Of a DNA stretch of 43,606 nucleotides, positions 7,843 to 17,370 are shown piece after piece; positions within the stretch are counted from its first letter, which is position 1, and the number at the start of each line of letters is the position of its first letter. Made by a program: the position numbers and the translations under genes. Where the stretch lies: assembly GCA_020722415.1 (NCBI GenBank), contig DYKV01000002.1, positions 15,718 through 59,323 on the forward strand, read 5' to 3'. Below the pieces are notes generated by a model. It did no database searches, was not told where the DNA came from, and saw nothing but the letters and a program-made list of their open reading frames with translations. This DNA comes from Anaerolinea sp. Its GTDB lineage: Bacteria > Chloroflexota > Anaerolineae > Anaerolineales > UBA4823.

Positions 7843-10556
7843 TTTGGCACCAATTGATTTTTAATGGCAATCAACTCGGTAGTTGAGTGATTGATGATTT
7901 CGGGGTTGTTAATAAAACGAATATTTCCGATACATTTTTTACCCATGTAAATGCCAACAGGTAGGTTATGTGGTAATTTATTAATTACAATTTGTTTTGG
8001 CCATTTTTCTCGTTCAAGTGTCGGGAAATTTTCATAAAAGCGATTAAGAAACTCGTCTAGTGTTACATAGCTTCCAGGTGCTTTTACACATTGCTCATCA
8101 ATGAAAATATCTAATGCGGATTTAGCGCTATCTTCCATTTGTGTCTTGCTGCTTGTAGTAACAGCAGGCAATCTTAATCTGTGCTCTACATCAGGGAGCG
8201 AGGTATTCATTAGGGTCCACATGAAATAAGGTGCCTCTTCCTGAAGGCGATCTAGCATGATTTTTTGTGGTACTTCGTGAGCCAGATGATCGACATAGAT
8301 CATGGTCACACGAGTATCACCGGGAAATATGGGCACATGGTCACGTGCGTTTGCGCATTGAATCCAGTGCGTTGTATTGGGCTGCAAATATACTTGCTTG
8401 TGTTTTGCATGAATAGGAATCACAAGTGATGTAACTAAATCTTTTAGCTTATTGTAGACTGAGGCAGCTTGGGCGCTAATGTTTTTCTCTTCAACGACAC
8501 ATAATACTGCACCCGCTAATTCCCCATTAAAATCATTTGGATTCGTCAGGGCTGAGTCCGCTCGCATCATGCCCCCTTGCATGAGAAGTGATATGGCTTC
8601 ATGCAACATGGATTTACCACTGCATTGCGGACCCCAGAGGTACAGATATGGCAGTGGTTCAAAAGGCTCTCGGATCATTAAGGCAATCCATTTAAGCAGA
8701 TAGTCATAGCCTGTATGGATGCCATTACGTTGTGCCCAGCTTAAATCACGTAAATATGGATTAAGGTCTGTGCCAACATGATTTAAAATCATGTCCCAGT
8801 GTGGGTGTGGGGAATCATTATCTTCCTCATAGGCTAGCGGAATGTATTTCAGCTTAGGGGCTTTTAAATTCCATTGACGGTTTCCAGGAAACTCGTCTTG
8901 AAAAGGTAAATGAACAATGGTCCACCCGCTAGATAGCAGGGTACCAAACACTTTGTCAATGTCGGGTATGTCGAGTGAGGCAAGTTTTGATCGGGCATCA
9001 TCTTTATTGGTAAATATCCAAAAACCATTATTGTGTAAAATTCCCCAGCCGTATGTAGCTTTGTCACTTGAAATCAGGGAGCGAACGTGCTGGTCGATTA
9101 GATCATAATCAATATTATCATCATTTTTCAGCAACTTAATGTTGAACACTTTTGTCCATTTGCCTTTTTTATGCAGCCACCCTTCAAGTTGCTGAGGGTC
9201 ATGGGCATCATGCGCAATTTCAAGTTGTACACCTAACTTGCCTTTTATGACGGATACTTGCCGATTGCGCAATTCGGTAGGAATGTCAATGCGTTGACCC
9301 ATTGATCTAAAGGCTGAAACAACTGCATCTCCATTAAGAAATGAATAGCCACTGCCTTTGAGGTCAATGGGTTGACCTTCAAAAGCAGCGGCTGCGTCCT
9401 CCAATGAAAAAGGTCGGTTATAGTAGCAGTAAGTTTTTCCAGTACGCGATGTGCGCCAAGATGGATGTTCTGATGTATTCTGCCCGAAGCGATAAACAAT
9501 CCAGCCATCATTTTCAGTAGGAATACAATAACTGTTTGGTTTTCTAGGATCACGACCTTCGGATACTGTATCAAAATTACCCTTTAGCGGGTCGCCGGTT
9601 GCAGCCCGATCTTCAAAATATTGTTTGAGCAGCCGCGTGTGAGTTTGAAGCAGATGGTGGTCATCAAGCCATTGCGTAGTGTAGTTCGTGTACCCTTTCA
9701 AATCGTTAATTATTCGACGATGTTCCGTGCTCAATGGAACTCGCCGCTGGCTTGCTGCGTGCTGGATTACAGCATCTTCTTCATCGGCAGGTATACCGCT
9801 AATTCGGACTTTTGAACGTTTTCTAGCCGCAACATCAACATACAGGTGCCAATTGTCAGGTACTTGCATATAGGCACGTGACCCATCTGGCAGCACATTG
9901 TCTTTAATAAGTGTTAGTCCACCGTTATCTTTAGTCATCTTTCGATGCCATACCCACATGTTACCACCGCCTACATCCATATTTGCTTGAAAATCAAATC
10001 CAATCCGGCGTGAGATTTCTTTCAAGCAGGCAATCATCAATGCTGCATGTTCAGTGTGGTTGACCGTAGTAGGTAGATTGTCAGGATCAAATTCAAGATA
10101 CAAGTGCAGACCGCCACCACCCGTGCTTTTGAGAACTAGCAATTCTGGTACTTCAAGTGCTCGTCTCTGAATCTCAGCAAGTTGATCGTCGGATACACCC
10201 ACTCCTTTAGCGTGCCCGGTGATGGCATCAAAATCAAATCCGCCGCGAATAGATTTCTGTTGGACGAAGTTCCAACCAGTCATGCCAATTGCTTCGGCGT
10301 GACGATCTAATGGCCAGTTTAATTCATGGTCGTTGTTGATTGGTTCCGAGTTGGCATTCTTTGGAATACGGAAATTGTACCACTTGTACAAAAGATTGTT
10401 ATGGGTGTATACACCTGTTCGCCCGTTGACAGCTTCCCCATTATCCTGAGCGACGAGCACTTGAACCTCCATTTCAGGATTATACCAACGGGCGACCCGG
10501 TCATAATTGTGTGGAAACACCTCAAAGAATTTAACGATCTGTTCGCTTGCTCGCAT
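7839..10556 (-). CDS. Primase-helicase (N-terminal prim-pol-like domain; C-terminal SF3/DUF5906-type helicase)
   Basis: FDFD and KSTGGGGLHLY (AEP-like motifs); Walker A WGPQCSGKS, FNGELAGA...VVEE, motif C IQCAN, GDTRVT; GAGG RBS upstream. Confidence 0.85.
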   Translation of the reverse strand: MRASEQIVKFFEVFPHNYDRVARWYNPEMEVQVLVAQDNGEAVNGRTGVYTHNNLLYKWYNFRIPKNANSEPINNDHELNWPLDRHAEAIGMTGWNFVQQKSIRGGFDFDAITGHAKGVGVSDDQLAEIQRRALEVPELLVLKSTGGGGLHLYLEFDPDNLPTTVNHTEHAALMIACLKEISRRIGFDFQANMDVGGGNMWVWHRKMTKDNGGLTLIKDNVLPDGSRAYMQVPDNWHLYVDVAARKRSKVRISGIPADEEDAVIQHAASQRRVPLSTEHRRIINDLKGYTNYTTQWLDDHHLLQTHTRLLKQYFEDRAATGDPLKGNFDTVSEGRDPRKPNSYCIPTENDGWIVYRFGQNTSEHPSWRTSRTGKTYCYYNRPFSLEDAAAAFEGQPIDLKGSGYSFLNGDAVVSAFRSMGQRIDIPTELRNRQVSVIKGKLGVQLEIAHDAHDPQQLEGWLHKKGKWTKVFNIKLLKNDDNIDYDLIDQHVRSLISSDKATYGWGILHNNGFWIFTNKDDARSKLASLDIPDIDKVFGTLLSSGWTIVHLPFQDEFPGNRQWNLKAPKLKYIPLAYEEDNDSPHPHWDMILNHVGTDLNPYLRDLSWAQRNGIHTGYDYLLKWIALMIREPFEPLPYLYLWGPQCSGKSMLHEAISLLMQGGMMRADSALTNPNDFNGELAGAVLCVVEEKNISAQAASVYNKLKDLVTSLVIPIHAKHKQVYLQPNTTHWIQCANARDHVPIFPGDTRVTMIYVDHLAHEVPQKIMLDRLQEEAPYFMWTLMNTSLPDVEHRLRLPAVTTSSKTQMEDSAKSALDIFIDEQCVKAPGSYVTLDEFLNRFYENFPTLEREKWPKQIVINKLPHNLPVGIYMGKKCIGNIRFINNPEIINHSTTELIAIKNQLVPK

Positions 10557-10590
10557 ATTTACCTCAAAGATAACACTTTTAGTCTAGCTA

Positions 10591-10684
10591 TTTAATATAA
10601 ACGCCAAAATCACCTTTAATGTTCGTGTAAAATCAATTTTTTCAATGAACATTTAGGCTGGATTTGGCGTTTATATATATTAAA
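10591..10684. repeat. Long imperfect inverted repeat between divergent operons
   Basis: ATATAAACGCCAAA (10595-10608) / TTTGGCGTTTATAT (10663-10676) perfect 14-bp arms; inner AATGTTC (10618-10624) / GAACATT (10647-10653); outer TTTAAT/ATTAAA. Confidence 0.85.
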
Positions 10685-10695
10685 GGGTTTTTATT

Positions 10696-10974
10696 ATGCA
10701 TATGATACCAAGGCTGCTTCCAGATGGAGTACTGGTTTACCCTAAAAAGGGTACACCACCACCGGTCCCCGAGGGTTATCGCCGGAAGTCTGATAACTTG
10801 ACAAGCCCAGATGCTTGGATTATGCTTCCATTGTGGCGAGATTGCCCATTTCGAATTTGTGAAACAAGCAGGCGAGAGGATTGCCGCTGTATCACCTATG
10901 TTTATTTTTGTGGCCATCCTCATTATAATCGTCCTCGATTAACCATTTCCATGTGCAAATCTTGTACCCTATGA
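10696..10974 (+). CDS. Small Cys-rich protein, paralogous to the middle domain of 5157..5879
   Basis: YPKKGTPPPVPEGY..W....W..CPFR...C...CKSC; stop overlaps the ParB start. Confidence 0.65.
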   Translation: MHMIPRLLPDGVLVYPKKGTPPPVPEGYRRKSDNLTSPDAWIMLPLWRDCPFRICETSRREDCRCITYVYFCGHPHYNRPRLTISMCKSCTL

Positions 10975-11942
10975 CACACCAGCGCTCATATAAACTTATA
11001 CCGATTCAGTTAATCAATTTTCCGCCTGCGCTGCTTCGATTGATTAACCGGCGTACATTAGAATACATAGAGTTACGAGATTCCATAAAATCGGTCGGAT
11101 TGTTAAATTCGATATGTGTTCGCCCAATATCAAACCAATATCGAAGTAACTATTATGATATAATTGATGGTGTGCATAGGTACGTAATTTGCAAGGATTT
11201 AGGTTGGACAGAGATGCCGTGTATTGTGCTTGAAGGTGTTACAAATGAGGAATTACCGTGGCTTCAAATGCAAGCAAATGCTCATAGACGAACGACTTCT
11301 CCCGCTGAGTATGCGGCACTAATTCGCAAGCTACTTATAGAAAAACCTGATATGAGCATTGATGAATTGTGTGCCCGGTTGAATAAAAAACCCACCTGGG
11401 TTAAGCAAGTTCTATCTTTGTTGCAATTATGCGATGAAGCAAAGAAAGCTGTTGCATTAGAGCAACTTCCCCTATTATCGGCTTATGCATTAGCGAAGTT
11501 ACCTAAGAAAATACAAGAATGCTTGTTGCCTTGGGCTTTAGTAATGGCATCCTCTAAGTTTGTAGAGGTATGTGGTAGCATTATTCGTGGGTATCGTGAG
11601 GCAAAATCTCGTGCGAATTTAGAGGCTTTTCTCACAGAATCATTCGACACTCCAAAGTTCCTGCGATCTTTCAAGCAGATTTGCTTGGAGCATTCAGTTG
11701 GTACAGTAGGGGCGGTATTGATTCAGCAGTATGCTTTGGAACGTCCAATTGATGCATGGCGAATGGCTTTGGCATGGGTTTTGCATATTGATCCAATATC
11801 TACTAAGATATTTAAGACTAAACTTGAACGGAAGCAGCGGGCCTTGAATGAATTAGCAATGACTAAGAAGATGGATAAAAAACGTGAAATTCAAGCTATG
11901 AAAATGAAAATTGAAGGGGATTCGCGAGAAATTTTAACTTGA
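10971..11942 (+). CDS. ParB/Spo0J-like protein (ParB N-terminal domain + HTH)
   Basis: ELRDSIKSVGLLNSICVRP, YDIIDGVHRY, MQANAHR, HTH SIDELCARLNKKPTWVKQVL. Confidence 0.85.
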   Translation: MTHQRSYKLIPIQLINFPPALLRLINRRTLEYIELRDSIKSVGLLNSICVRPISNQYRSNYYDIIDGVHRYVICKDLGWTEMPCIVLEGVTNEELPWLQMQANAHRRTTSPAEYAALIRKLLIEKPDMSIDELCARLNKKPTWVKQVLSLLQLCDEAKKAVALEQLPLLSAYALAKLPKKIQECLLPWALVMASSKFVEVCGSIIRGYREAKSRANLEAFLTESFDTPKFLRSFKQICLEHSVGTVGAVLIQQYALERPIDAWRMALAWVLHIDPISTKIFKTKLERKQRALNELAMTKKMDKKREIQAMKMKIEGDSREILT

Positions 11943-11987
11943 TTGGCGTTTGGTTTATGGCTTCTTTAACCCTTTGGAGTTCTGTTT

Positions 11988-12737
11988 ATGTCAAATGAAT
12001 TGGTTTCCGTTGATTTGTCTGATATGTTGCCTTCGGTTGCTGGTGGATTGAGTATCGCAAGTACTGTGTTCAATGATCTTGCGAAGGGTAGTGAGTTTAT
12101 TGGCCGTATTCAACTTTATACAAAGGGCCAATATGTTGATCGTGGTCTGATTCGTCCTGGCAGATATGGTGTTCCCAAGAGTGATGATCAGATTGAAGAC
12201 CTTGGTGAAGAGATTGATATCATTCCGTTGTGTTGTCGAGCTAAGGCTTTAGACCTTCGGGATCATGATGCAATCATCACGTCCTATGAGCCTGAGACGG
12301 ATACATTTCAGACAATCAAAGCCTTAGCTGGGGAATCGAATTCGGGTTGTATGTATGGCCCAACGTTCCTGGTGTTTGAGCGAAGTACTGGCACATTGTA
12401 TGAGTTGTTTTGTGGCACGAAGTCAATGCGAAATGAAGCCGGTAAGATTGGACAGTTTTTGCCGTTGTCTAAGAATGAGGCAGAAGCATTGGAAGCTCGT
12501 ACTGGCAAGCCGGTAGCTCCACATGGTCCACTGGCTTGCACTCTCAAGGTAAAGTATGTCAAGAAAGGCAACTGGGGTTGGCATGTTCCAGTGGCGGTGC
12601 CTTGTTCAACACCGTTTACCAATCTTCCTTCAATTGACACCTTAAAAGCTGAAGTGGCCCGTTTCATGGAAGCCAAGAGTTCAACGGTGGAGAAGGTTGA
12701 GGAAGGTGTAGCTGCAACAAAACGGCGTACCAGATAA
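11988..12737 (+). CDS. Phage replication protein, possibly ssDNA-binding
   Basis: 249 aa with GGAG RBS and strong terminator; beta-rich with K.VKKG..GW..P C-terminal pattern reminiscent of phage SSBs; function inferred from context. Confidence 0.45.
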   Translation: MSNELVSVDLSDMLPSVAGGLSIASTVFNDLAKGSEFIGRIQLYTKGQYVDRGLIRPGRYGVPKSDDQIEDLGEEIDIIPLCCRAKALDLRDHDAIITSYEPETDTFQTIKALAGESNSGCMYGPTFLVFERSTGTLYELFCGTKSMRNEAGKIGQFLPLSKNEAEALEARTGKPVAPHGPLACTLKVKYVKKGNWGWHVPVAVPCSTPFTNLPSIDTLKAEVARFMEAKSSTVEKVEEGVAATKRRTR

Positions 12738-12743
12738 GGGAAC

Positions 12744-12780
12744 AAGTCTAGGGTAGTCAGGTACTACCCTAGACTTTTAT
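12744..12780 (+). terminator. Rho-independent terminator
   Basis: 14-bp stem AAGTCTAGGGTAGT / ACTACCCTAGACTT, loop CAGGT, T-rich tail. Confidence 0.85.
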
Positions 12781-12804
12781 ATTTTTAACAACGAAAGGTA
12801 TTTT

Positions 12805-12960
12805 ATGGACAATTTGTTAACGTATGCTGGAATTGTTTATGTTACGGTGGTTGTAGTCAAGGTTGTCAATGCAGGGACAGTTACGAAGGAAACCGTTGTA
12901 GCCGCTTTAAAGTGGCCTTACGATTTGGTCATGGCTATTGTCAATAAGGTTCGAGAGTAA
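12805..12960 (+). CDS. Small membrane protein (51 aa, not in ORF track)
   Basis: MDNLLTYAGIVYVTVVVVKVVNAGTVTKETVVAALKWPYDLVMAIVNKVRE; AAAGG RBS upstream. Confidence 0.7.
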   Translation: MDNLLTYAGIVYVTVVVVKVVNAGTVTKETVVAALKWPYDLVMAIVNKVRE

Positions 12961-12965
12961 TATCA

Positions 12966-13148
12966 ATGCAAAAGACGCTCGAAGCTGTGACAGTTTTCGC
13001 ACTTGGATTTTATTCAGGTGGGCTAACATTTTTGATGACTGTGTGCCATGCAAGGACTGGTGCAATTACCATAAATGATCTCGGGACAATGGTTCTTTGG
13101 CCACTTGAAGTGGTTGACTATTGGCTCAAAGTAGTGCTTGGTAGTTAA
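12966..13148 (+). CDS. Small membrane protein (60 aa), likely paralog of the preceding ORF
   Basis: Hydrophobic N-terminus, G.IT and LWPLEVV motifs. Confidence 0.65.
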   Translation: MQKTLEAVTVFALGFYSGGLTFLMTVCHARTGAITINDLGTMVLWPLEVVDYWLKVVLGS

Positions 13149-13163
13149 CCCGCATTGGTTCGG

Positions 13164-13198
13164 CGGGAGCCGATGCTAGCTCGGCTCCCGTAGTTTTT
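13164..13198 (+). terminator. Rho-independent terminator
   Basis: CGGGAGCCGA / TCGGCTCCCG 10-bp stem followed by TAGTTTTT. Confidence 0.8.
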
Positions 13199-13228
13199 AG
13201 TGCATCGATTTTCGGAGGTTTAGGAACA

Positions 13229-13729
13229 GTGGATCAAAAATGGTTACGGGACGGTATGCGTTTAGCCTACCAAATTGCAGAACAGTTAAGCCCAGACCCC
13301 AGCACTCGCGTCGGTGCTTTGCTGTTTCATCCTGAACGTCAAAATGTTTTATTTGGTGTAAATCATCTTCTGACCGGTTATCCAAAAACACCTGCCGATT
13401 TAACCGATCGTACCCGTAAGTACAAGTTGATTGAGCACGCGGAACGTGATGTGATTTACAAGGCTGCACGTATGGGTTATCCAACGGAAGGTGCTATCTT
13501 AGTTTGTCCGTGGGCAGCTTGTACAGATTGTGCACGAGCAATCTGTCTATCTGGAATTATTCGTGTTATATCTCACGCTAATGCACTTGAACAGACACCT
13601 AAACGCTGGCAAGAGGATTTGCAGATTGCAAAAGAATTGTTTGAGTCAGCGGGTGTGGATTATGTCTTCTGGCGCGGCGAGGTTGGTGAGTGTCAAAATC
13701 TGTTTAATGGAAGGTATTGGAAACCGTGA
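13229..13729 (+). CDS. dCMP deaminase family protein
   Basis: SPDPSTRVGA, KYKLIEHAERDVIY, CPWAACTDCARAI. Confidence 0.9.
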   Translation: MDQKWLRDGMRLAYQIAEQLSPDPSTRVGALLFHPERQNVLFGVNHLLTGYPKTPADLTDRTRKYKLIEHAERDVIYKAARMGYPTEGAILVCPWAACTDCARAICLSGIIRVISHANALEQTPKRWQEDLQIAKELFESAGVDYVFWRGEVGECQNLFNGRYWKP

Positions 13730-14244
13730 CTCCGAGTGCTGCTATCATTACTGCGCCGCATCTAAATCAAAACATATTTCTGCCAGTTTGCCAGAATATG
13801 TTAGGATATTCTCCTGCGCGGGCCGCAGATGCCGCCAATTTGACCGGGGTACCGCATTTAATGTCTATTTTGGCAGCATTCAAGAATAAGAATACTCCTG
13901 CTACAATAAAAGCGGCACGCGATATTTATGATTTAATTCATTTCAATTGCTTAATTGCTGCCGATGATTATGATATGATTTCTATATTGGAAGTTTTATC
14001 CGGTATGCCATTTGTAGCAACTGAAACATTAGTGCGTGGTGTTCAAGCGGTTGTTGTTGGTGGGACCTTGCATGAATGGCGTGATGCTATTTATCGAGGA
14101 TGCCGTTTGGATCAAACAACACAAGTGCGTGCATGTTTTGATAAGTTATATTTACAATTTGTGCAACTCGGTTTGACGGATATTTTTGGTCGAACCAAGC
14201 ATCAGGCAGCCGATCAAACTTTTTATTTGGAGGAAAACCGATAA
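13726..14244 (+). CDS. Degenerate ThyX-like protein
   Basis: VVVGGTLHEWR...QVRACF resembles the ThyX C-terminus, but no RHR/SxRY catalytic motifs. Confidence 0.4.
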   Translation: MTPSAAIITAPHLNQNIFLPVCQNMLGYSPARAADAANLTGVPHLMSILAAFKNKNTPATIKAARDIYDLIHFNCLIAADDYDMISILEVLSGMPFVATETLVRGVQAVVVGGTLHEWRDAIYRGCRLDQTTQVRACFDKLYLQFVQLGLTDIFGRTKHQAADQTFYLEENR

Positions 14245-14257
14245 CAGGATTTAATTC

Positions 14258-16201
14258 ATGGCAATTCCGCTAAATACACCTTTTGACATTAAGCTGGTAA
14301 CTGAAACAAAATCTGGTGGGCGAATTAAAGTCCCTTCTCGACTTTGTGTTACTAATACCCGTATCGAGTTCTTGAAATCACCCTTTGCATTGAAGGATGA
14401 AATTAAAGTGATGCGTGGTGCCAAGTGGCACGGTTTCGATGATCCGCCTAAGAAAATCTGGTCGGTAGATAATTGCTTTCGTAACTGGTTTCAGTTGCGT
14501 TATCTAATGGGTGAGAATCCTTATGAATGGTTTGATCGACCATTGCAACATTTTACTTATGACCGTCCACTTATGTCCCATCAGCGTGATCTGTCGGATG
14601 CTGGTTTAACTTACCATTATCAGATTTGGGCAGCTCAACCAGGGGTTGGAAAGAGTCTTTCAGCTATTGAAGTGATGGAGCACTCTGGTAAACGTAAGTG
14701 GTGGTGGATTGGCCCCAAATCTGGCTTGTATGCAGTGGAGCGCGAATTCAAGAAATGGGAAATTAGTCCAGAGCTATATATTGAGATAATGACCTACGAG
14801 GGTCTAGTTAAACGTATGTCTAATTGGAAGTCTGGTGATAAGGCACCAATGGGTGTTGTTTTGGATGAATCTAGTCGATTGAAAACTGCTAATGCTCAAA
14901 GAACACAAGCAGCACAGGCATTGGCTGATGGCATCCGTAATGATTGGGGGATGGAAGGCTATGTTATTCTAATGTCAGGCACGCCATCACCTAAGTCACC
15001 GGTTGACTGGTGGTCACAAGCAGAAATAGCATGGCCGGGCTTTCTTCGTGAAGGGTCTGTTGACGCTTTTAAGTTTAGGCTTGGTATTCATCGTAAAGAA
15101 GAAGGCACTCTTGGCAATGCGTTTTTCCAGTTAGTTAGCTGGCGTGATGATGAGCGCAAGTGTGAGGTTTGCGGAGAATATGAGAATGAAGGCAAACATA
15201 AGCATCTCCCCGGCGTCTTGGATGATCCAGACCTCCATGATTTTAAGCCATGCAAGAATGAAGTTGCGCTTCTGTATGAGCGCCTGAAGGGTCTTGTGGT
15301 CGTTAAGCACAAGAAAGATTGCTTAGATTTGCCGGATAAGCGGTATCGTGTAATTAAATGTCAGCCTTCGCCTGCAACCTTGCGTGTGGCATCAACATTA
15401 CTGAAGACAGCGCCTAATACAATCACTGGTTTGACGTGGCTGCGTGAATTGAGCGATGGCTTTCAATACAGGGACAAGGTTGTCGGCAAAGAAACCTGTC
15501 CAGTATGTAATGGAAAATGTACGTGCAAGTATTGGGTTGACCCTAATGATCAAGAGCGAGCGTTCACAATGGTTGATATGCTCGACTCTGAGTATGTTGC
15601 AACCTTGAAGCAGATGGACCTGACTTGTGCTACTTGTAATGGTACTGGTGAAGTTAACAAGTATGAGCGGATTGTTAAGGAAGTTCCTTGCCCGAAGGAC
15701 GAAGCTCTGTTGGATTTGCTTGATGAAAATGAAGAGTGTGGGCGAATGGTGGTGTTCACAGGCTTCACGGGCTCAGTTGATCGTGTGACTCGAATTTGTT
15801 TGAAGCATAAATGGGATGTTGTGCGTGTTGACGGTCGTGGCTGGTTAGTTTATCGGTGTGATGGGCAGCCGACAAACGAAAAGCCATTGGACTATTGGGC
15901 TGATTTTAACAATCCGCGAGTATGTTTTGTAGCGCACCCAAAATCAGGCGGTATGTCACTGACATTGACGGAAGCCAGAACGGCGGTCTTTTTCTCAAAT
16001 GATTTTACACCTGAATCCAGGTCACAGGCTGAAGATCGTATTCATCGTCTTGGCACGGATATGAATAAAGGTGCAACCATTGTTGATTTGATCCATTTAC
16101 CTACTGATGACCATGTCCTTAGCGTCTTGCGGGATAATCGTCGCTTAGAGCTAATGACGCTTGGAGATTTTGAAAATGATTATGTTGGGGTGCCAGAATG
16201 A
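14258..16201 (+). CDS. SNF2-family helicase with Zn-finger insertions
   Basis: QPGVGKS, VLDESSRLK, MSGTP, SGGMSLTLT, QAEDRIHRLG; CPVCNG and CATCNGTG inserts. Confidence 0.9.
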   Translation: MAIPLNTPFDIKLVTETKSGGRIKVPSRLCVTNTRIEFLKSPFALKDEIKVMRGAKWHGFDDPPKKIWSVDNCFRNWFQLRYLMGENPYEWFDRPLQHFTYDRPLMSHQRDLSDAGLTYHYQIWAAQPGVGKSLSAIEVMEHSGKRKWWWIGPKSGLYAVEREFKKWEISPELYIEIMTYEGLVKRMSNWKSGDKAPMGVVLDESSRLKTANAQRTQAAQALADGIRNDWGMEGYVILMSGTPSPKSPVDWWSQAEIAWPGFLREGSVDAFKFRLGIHRKEEGTLGNAFFQLVSWRDDERKCEVCGEYENEGKHKHLPGVLDDPDLHDFKPCKNEVALLYERLKGLVVVKHKKDCLDLPDKRYRVIKCQPSPATLRVASTLLKTAPNTITGLTWLRELSDGFQYRDKVVGKETCPVCNGKCTCKYWVDPNDQERAFTMVDMLDSEYVATLKQMDLTCATCNGTGEVNKYERIVKEVPCPKDEALLDLLDENEECGRMVVFTGFTGSVDRVTRICLKHKWDVVRVDGRGWLVYRCDGQPTNEKPLDYWADFNNPRVCFVAHPKSGGMSLTLTEARTAVFFSNDFTPESRSQAEDRIHRLGTDMNKGATIVDLIHLPTDDHVLSVLRDNRRLELMTLGDFENDYVGVPE

Positions 16202-17370
16202 CACGGTGTATTGTCTGTGGTCATAAACATTTTTATCCTGTGTTTAATCCTGGTCCACAACCACTTGCTGCATTGAATCTACCTAATACTCAGGAAGAGG
16301 CAAAAGATGCTTTGCGTTTTCCGATGAAGTTCGTTGCATGTGCGTTCTGTGGGCATGTGTTTAATACAGATTTTGATTACACGATTGTTCCGTATGGTAA
16401 GGATTCTAACCGCATGTACAATAGTGGATGCGTGTGGTGCAACCACTTGCAATATGTTATTGATAAGTTGCTAAAATACCGTAGTCGATGGGAGTCTGGT
16501 ATCGCAATTGACATTGGGTGTGGTGATGGTCAATTCTTTAGTCGCTTGAAAAGCCAGATGCCACAAGCAACATATATCGGTTATGAACCCGGAGTCGAAG
16601 CGGAACGGATTCGGGATTTTACTGTAATAAGGGATTATTTTATTCCTGAGCGTGATCTGAAGCGTTTTCGACCATCGTTGTTAGTATGCCGGCATGTTTT
16701 GGAACATTTAGAGCAACCACGAGACTTTGTAGCAGAAATTGCTTATTGGTCCAGCATGTATGATCTGAAACCTCTGGTATTATTTGAAGTGCCCTGTATT
16801 GATAAAGCAATGCGGCTCGGTCGCATGTCTGATTTTTTATACGAACATGTTTCAAACTTTACGGCTCGTAGTTTTGGTTATCTGTTCGAGACGGCTGGTT
16901 TCACTTCGCTTGATACTGAAGTGTGTTATGACGACGAAGTGTTGGTAGGCTTGTTTGAATGTAATACAGTGCAACTCAATGTAATTCGGGATATAGCCAA
17001 ATTATTTCGGCAACAAGCCAAAAACTCTTTGAAGATGGTAAGCCAGCAGCTAGCTTGTATGCCAGCACCAATTTATTTTTGGGGTGGCACCGGCAAGTCC
17101 GCCGCATTTTTGAATACCTTTGGTGTGGATTCAGATCGTTTTCCGTATGTTGTTGATTCGGACCCAAGTAAGGTTGGTCGTTTTGTTCCTGGAACTAGTC
17201 AAAAGATCAGGTCGGTTGATTGGTTATTGGAACATGAGCCGGGTATAATTGTAATCACAACCCCTTGGCGAGCACGTGATATTTTCAAAGAAATACAACA
17301 ACGTGGTGTCCGATACAAGCAAGTAGTTGTTTTGTGGAAAGGCATGTTGCAACAATATGACAATGTTTAA
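16198..17370 (+). CDS. NDP-sugar C-methyltransferase-like class I SAM-dependent methyltransferase
   Basis: N-terminal Zn site CIVCG...CAFCGHV, DIGCGDG, CRHVLEHL, FEVP, YEHVSNFT, C-terminal WGGTGKS...VVDSDPSKVGRFVPGT. Confidence 0.85.
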   Translation: MTRCIVCGHKHFYPVFNPGPQPLAALNLPNTQEEAKDALRFPMKFVACAFCGHVFNTDFDYTIVPYGKDSNRMYNSGCVWCNHLQYVIDKLLKYRSRWESGIAIDIGCGDGQFFSRLKSQMPQATYIGYEPGVEAERIRDFTVIRDYFIPERDLKRFRPSLLVCRHVLEHLEQPRDFVAEIAYWSSMYDLKPLVLFEVPCIDKAMRLGRMSDFLYEHVSNFTARSFGYLFETAGFTSLDTEVCYDDEVLVGLFECNTVQLNVIRDIAKLFRQQAKNSLKMVSQQLACMPAPIYFWGGTGKSAAFLNTFGVDSDRFPYVVDSDPSKVGRFVPGTSQKIRSVDWLLEHEPGIIVITTPWRARDIFKEIQQRGVRYKQVVVLWKGMLQQYDNV

